This document shows, in pieces, positions 62,131 to 64,000 of a DNA stretch of 64,000 nt; within the stretch, counting starts at the first letter, position 1, and the number at the start of each line of letters is the position of its first letter. Both the position numbers and the translations under genes were made by a program. The notes beneath the pieces were generated by a model. The model was not told the DNA's origin and made no database searches. It worked only from the letters and a program-made list of their open reading frames with translations. This DNA is from an uncultured Nitrospiraceae bacterium (GTDB lineage: Bacteria > Nitrospirota > Nitrospiria > Nitrospirales > Nitrospiraceae). The DNA lies in contig CAVPLT010000007.1 in NCBI GenBank assembly GCA_963706325.1, forward strand, positions 288,001 through 352,000, in the 5' to 3' direction.

Positions 62131-62145
62131 ATCATTTCTGTTTAT
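62131..62145. promoter_or_regulatory. LysR (T-N11-A) operator between the MOSC and LysR genes
   Basis: ATCA-N7-TTAT in the divergent promoter region. Confidence 0.55.
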
Positions 62146-62159
62146 GATATGAAGAGGCC

Positions 62160-63053
62160 ATGGAATTCCGCCATCTTCGATATTTTCTCGCGGTCGCCGA
62201 CGCGCTGCATTTTACGAAAGCAGCCGAGGGGTTGCCGGTGTCCCAACCGGCGCTGTCCGCGCAGGTGAAACAGTTGGAGCATGAAGTGGGAGTGCCGTTG
62301 TTTGACCGTGTGGGCCGCTCGGTTCAACTGACGCGGGCGGGATCGATCTTTCGCGAACACGCCCGACGGGCGCTGCGTGAGATGGAATTGGCGCAGATGG
62401 CCATCGCCGAAGTTGAAGGTCTCCATCGCGGGGCTCTCTCGGTCGGCGTCGTTCAAACCGTGAACGCCTACCTGATCCCAGAGATCGTGACCCGGTTCTC
62501 AAACCTTCACCCCCAGGTCGGGCTGAAACTTGACGAACTGTCCGGTCCCGACATTGAGGCCGGCGTGAGAGACGGGATACTAGACGTGGGCATTGGATTC
62601 CTGCCGGTGACCTCTGATCGTCTCGAAAGCCAGCCGCTGTTCGAAGAAGACTTTGTCCTCATTGCCTCAGCGCGTCATCGCTTCGCCAAGCGCAGGCGCC
62701 TGTCTCTCTCGTCATTATCGGACGAGTCCTTGATTCTCTTGCCCGGTATCTTCTGCACACGCCGGTTGTTGAATGCGAGTTTCGAGCAGGCCGGCATCCA
62801 GCCCAAGATTATTGTGGAGATGAACTCCATTGAAGGTATTCTGGCCACGGTTCGGACCAGCACATTGCCCACTATCCTCCCGCGTTTGTCCTTGGGGTTC
62901 GGTCGCCACCCTGTGCTCCGAGCCATTACCCTGAAAAATCCGACTCCGCGACGGGGTATCGGACTGTTGTGGAAAAAGGGCGGGCATCGAAGCGGTGCGG
63001 TGCGCGCGCTGGCCGATCAGGTAAAATCCGTCGTGAAGGAGCACTTTCGGTAA
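62160..63053 (+). CDS. LysR-family regulator, CynR-like
   Basis: RHLRYF.AVA..LHFTKAA..VSQPALS.Q.KQLE; substrate domain resembles CynR. Confidence 0.9.
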   Translation: MEFRHLRYFLAVADALHFTKAAEGLPVSQPALSAQVKQLEHEVGVPLFDRVGRSVQLTRAGSIFREHARRALREMELAQMAIAEVEGLHRGALSVGVVQTVNAYLIPEIVTRFSNLHPQVGLKLDELSGPDIEAGVRDGILDVGIGFLPVTSDRLESQPLFEEDFVLIASARHRFAKRRRLSLSSLSDESLILLPGIFCTRRLLNASFEQAGIQPKIIVEMNSIEGILATVRTSTLPTILPRLSLGFGRHPVLRAITLKNPTPRRGIGLLWKKGGHRSGAVRALADQVKSVVKEHFR

Positions 63054-63369
63054 ACGCGGTTCCCTTCACCTGTCGCAGCTACCAGGTTCGTGGCAACAAC
63101 CTCGACGGCGTTGCGCTTCTTCGACGCATTCGCCTGCCTAGACTGCCTGGCTATGACTGACCTTCCTCAGCAGCACCCTAATGCCAGGCACGGTGTAATA
63201 GGCCTCTCGCTGGTCCGTTTTTTCAGGACTGTAACCTTTGGCCTCGCTGCGGCGACTTGAAGGGTGAGAGGAACCTCAATTCCTGTGGTGGCGAAGATAG
63301 ATAGGATATGATGCGGAGAGGCACAATGGGCCGGCAACGGGCATCAGCATCACAGGAGCGCAGGGACTC

Positions 63370-63951
63370 GTGTCCGATGATACGGAGATTATCGAACAGG
63401 TCTTGCGTGGCGAAATCGATCGCTTTGCGGATTTGATTGCTCGGCATCGGCAGCATGTGCTGAAAATTGTCAGCGGCCACGTCCCCGCGGACCGTGCCGC
63501 TGAGGTGGCGCATGACGTGTTCGTCCAAGCCTATCGTAGTTTGCCGAGGTTCTCGCGGCAGGCGCCTTTTGAGCACTGGTTGTCCCGGGTCGCGGTCCGA
63601 ACCTGTTACGATTTTTGGAGAGCGCGTCGTCGTGCGGAGATTCCTATGAGTACGTTGACGGCGGATCAGGCAGGCTGGCTCGATCGGGCGCTCGCCGCCG
63701 AATCGGATGCGCGGTTTCACGATCAAGCGGACCGGCGAGAATCGTTGGAGGTTCTGGATTGGGCGCTTGCGCAGCTGTCGCCAGAAAACCGCCTGGTCTT
63801 GACGCTGGTGCATCTTGAAGGTCGTTCGGCTCGCGAGGCGGCCGATTTGTTGGGCTGGAGCCTGGTCAATGTGAAGGTGCGGTGTCATCGGGCCAGACAG
63901 AAGCTTCGAACGTTGTTTCTTCAAGAATGGGAGCGACAGCACAATGACTGA
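63370..63951 (+). CDS. ECF RNA polymerase sigma-70 factor
   Basis: F..LI.RH, AEVAHDVF..AY, FEHWL.RVA, region 4 EG.S.REAA.LLG.S..NVKVR.HRAR. Confidence 0.92.
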   Translation: MSDDTEIIEQVLRGEIDRFADLIARHRQHVLKIVSGHVPADRAAEVAHDVFVQAYRSLPRFSRQAPFEHWLSRVAVRTCYDFWRARRRAEIPMSTLTADQAGWLDRALAAESDARFHDQADRRESLEVLDWALAQLSPENRLVLTLVHLEGRSAREAADLLGWSLVNVKVRCHRARQKLRTLFLQEWERQHND

Positions 63952-64000
63952 ACGTCGTGAGCCGCCCAGGGAACAAGTGGAGCGCCTCCTCCAGCAGGCG
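63944..64000 (+). CDS. Probable anti-sigma factor, N-terminus only (runs off the window)
   Basis: ATG overlaps the sigma-factor stop; function inferred from position only. Confidence 0.5.
   Translation, partial: MTERREPPREQVERLLQQA

Noticed and set aside
26035..64000. attR duplicate of the tRNA-Lys 3' end
   Set aside because: I found no copy of CCCAGCCGACTCACCA by eye, so the right boundary of the island is undefined; an exact search is needed

Overview
The window is bacterial; the gene set, gene order and protein style resemble Nitrospira (inference, not verified by search). The left part (1-26034) is a dense housekeeping region. It holds a glutaredoxin and an ATP-grasp-like ligase, a YkgJ-DUF2156 fusion, a hybrid sensor kinase, a CbbQ/NorQ-type AAA+ ATPase with a large VWA partner, a ferredoxin:thioredoxin reductase, mdh, a stand-alone NuoF-like/2Fe-2S ferredoxin/ErpA cluster, a PTPS and folE, rarA, an ABC-F, tRNA-Ala(GGC), purA and tRNA-Lys(TTT). 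Directly after tRNA-Lys begins a ~36 kb accessory, partly decayed region. It contains integrase fragments, AlpA, a dead IS3, many gene fragments fused end to end (Ku, MerR/TPR, DUF72, Slp, porin), exported and membrane proteins, SulP, an orphan flagellin facing three PilZ genes, and two polyphosphate-glucokinase-like ROK genes. The most striking intact unit there is a heme peroxidase followed by a copper-radical (galactose/glyoxal) oxidase that carries five 64-aa Ca-binding-type repeats. The window ends with MOSC, a CynR-like LysR regulator and an ECF sigma/anti-sigma pair. No CRISPR array or rRNA was seen.
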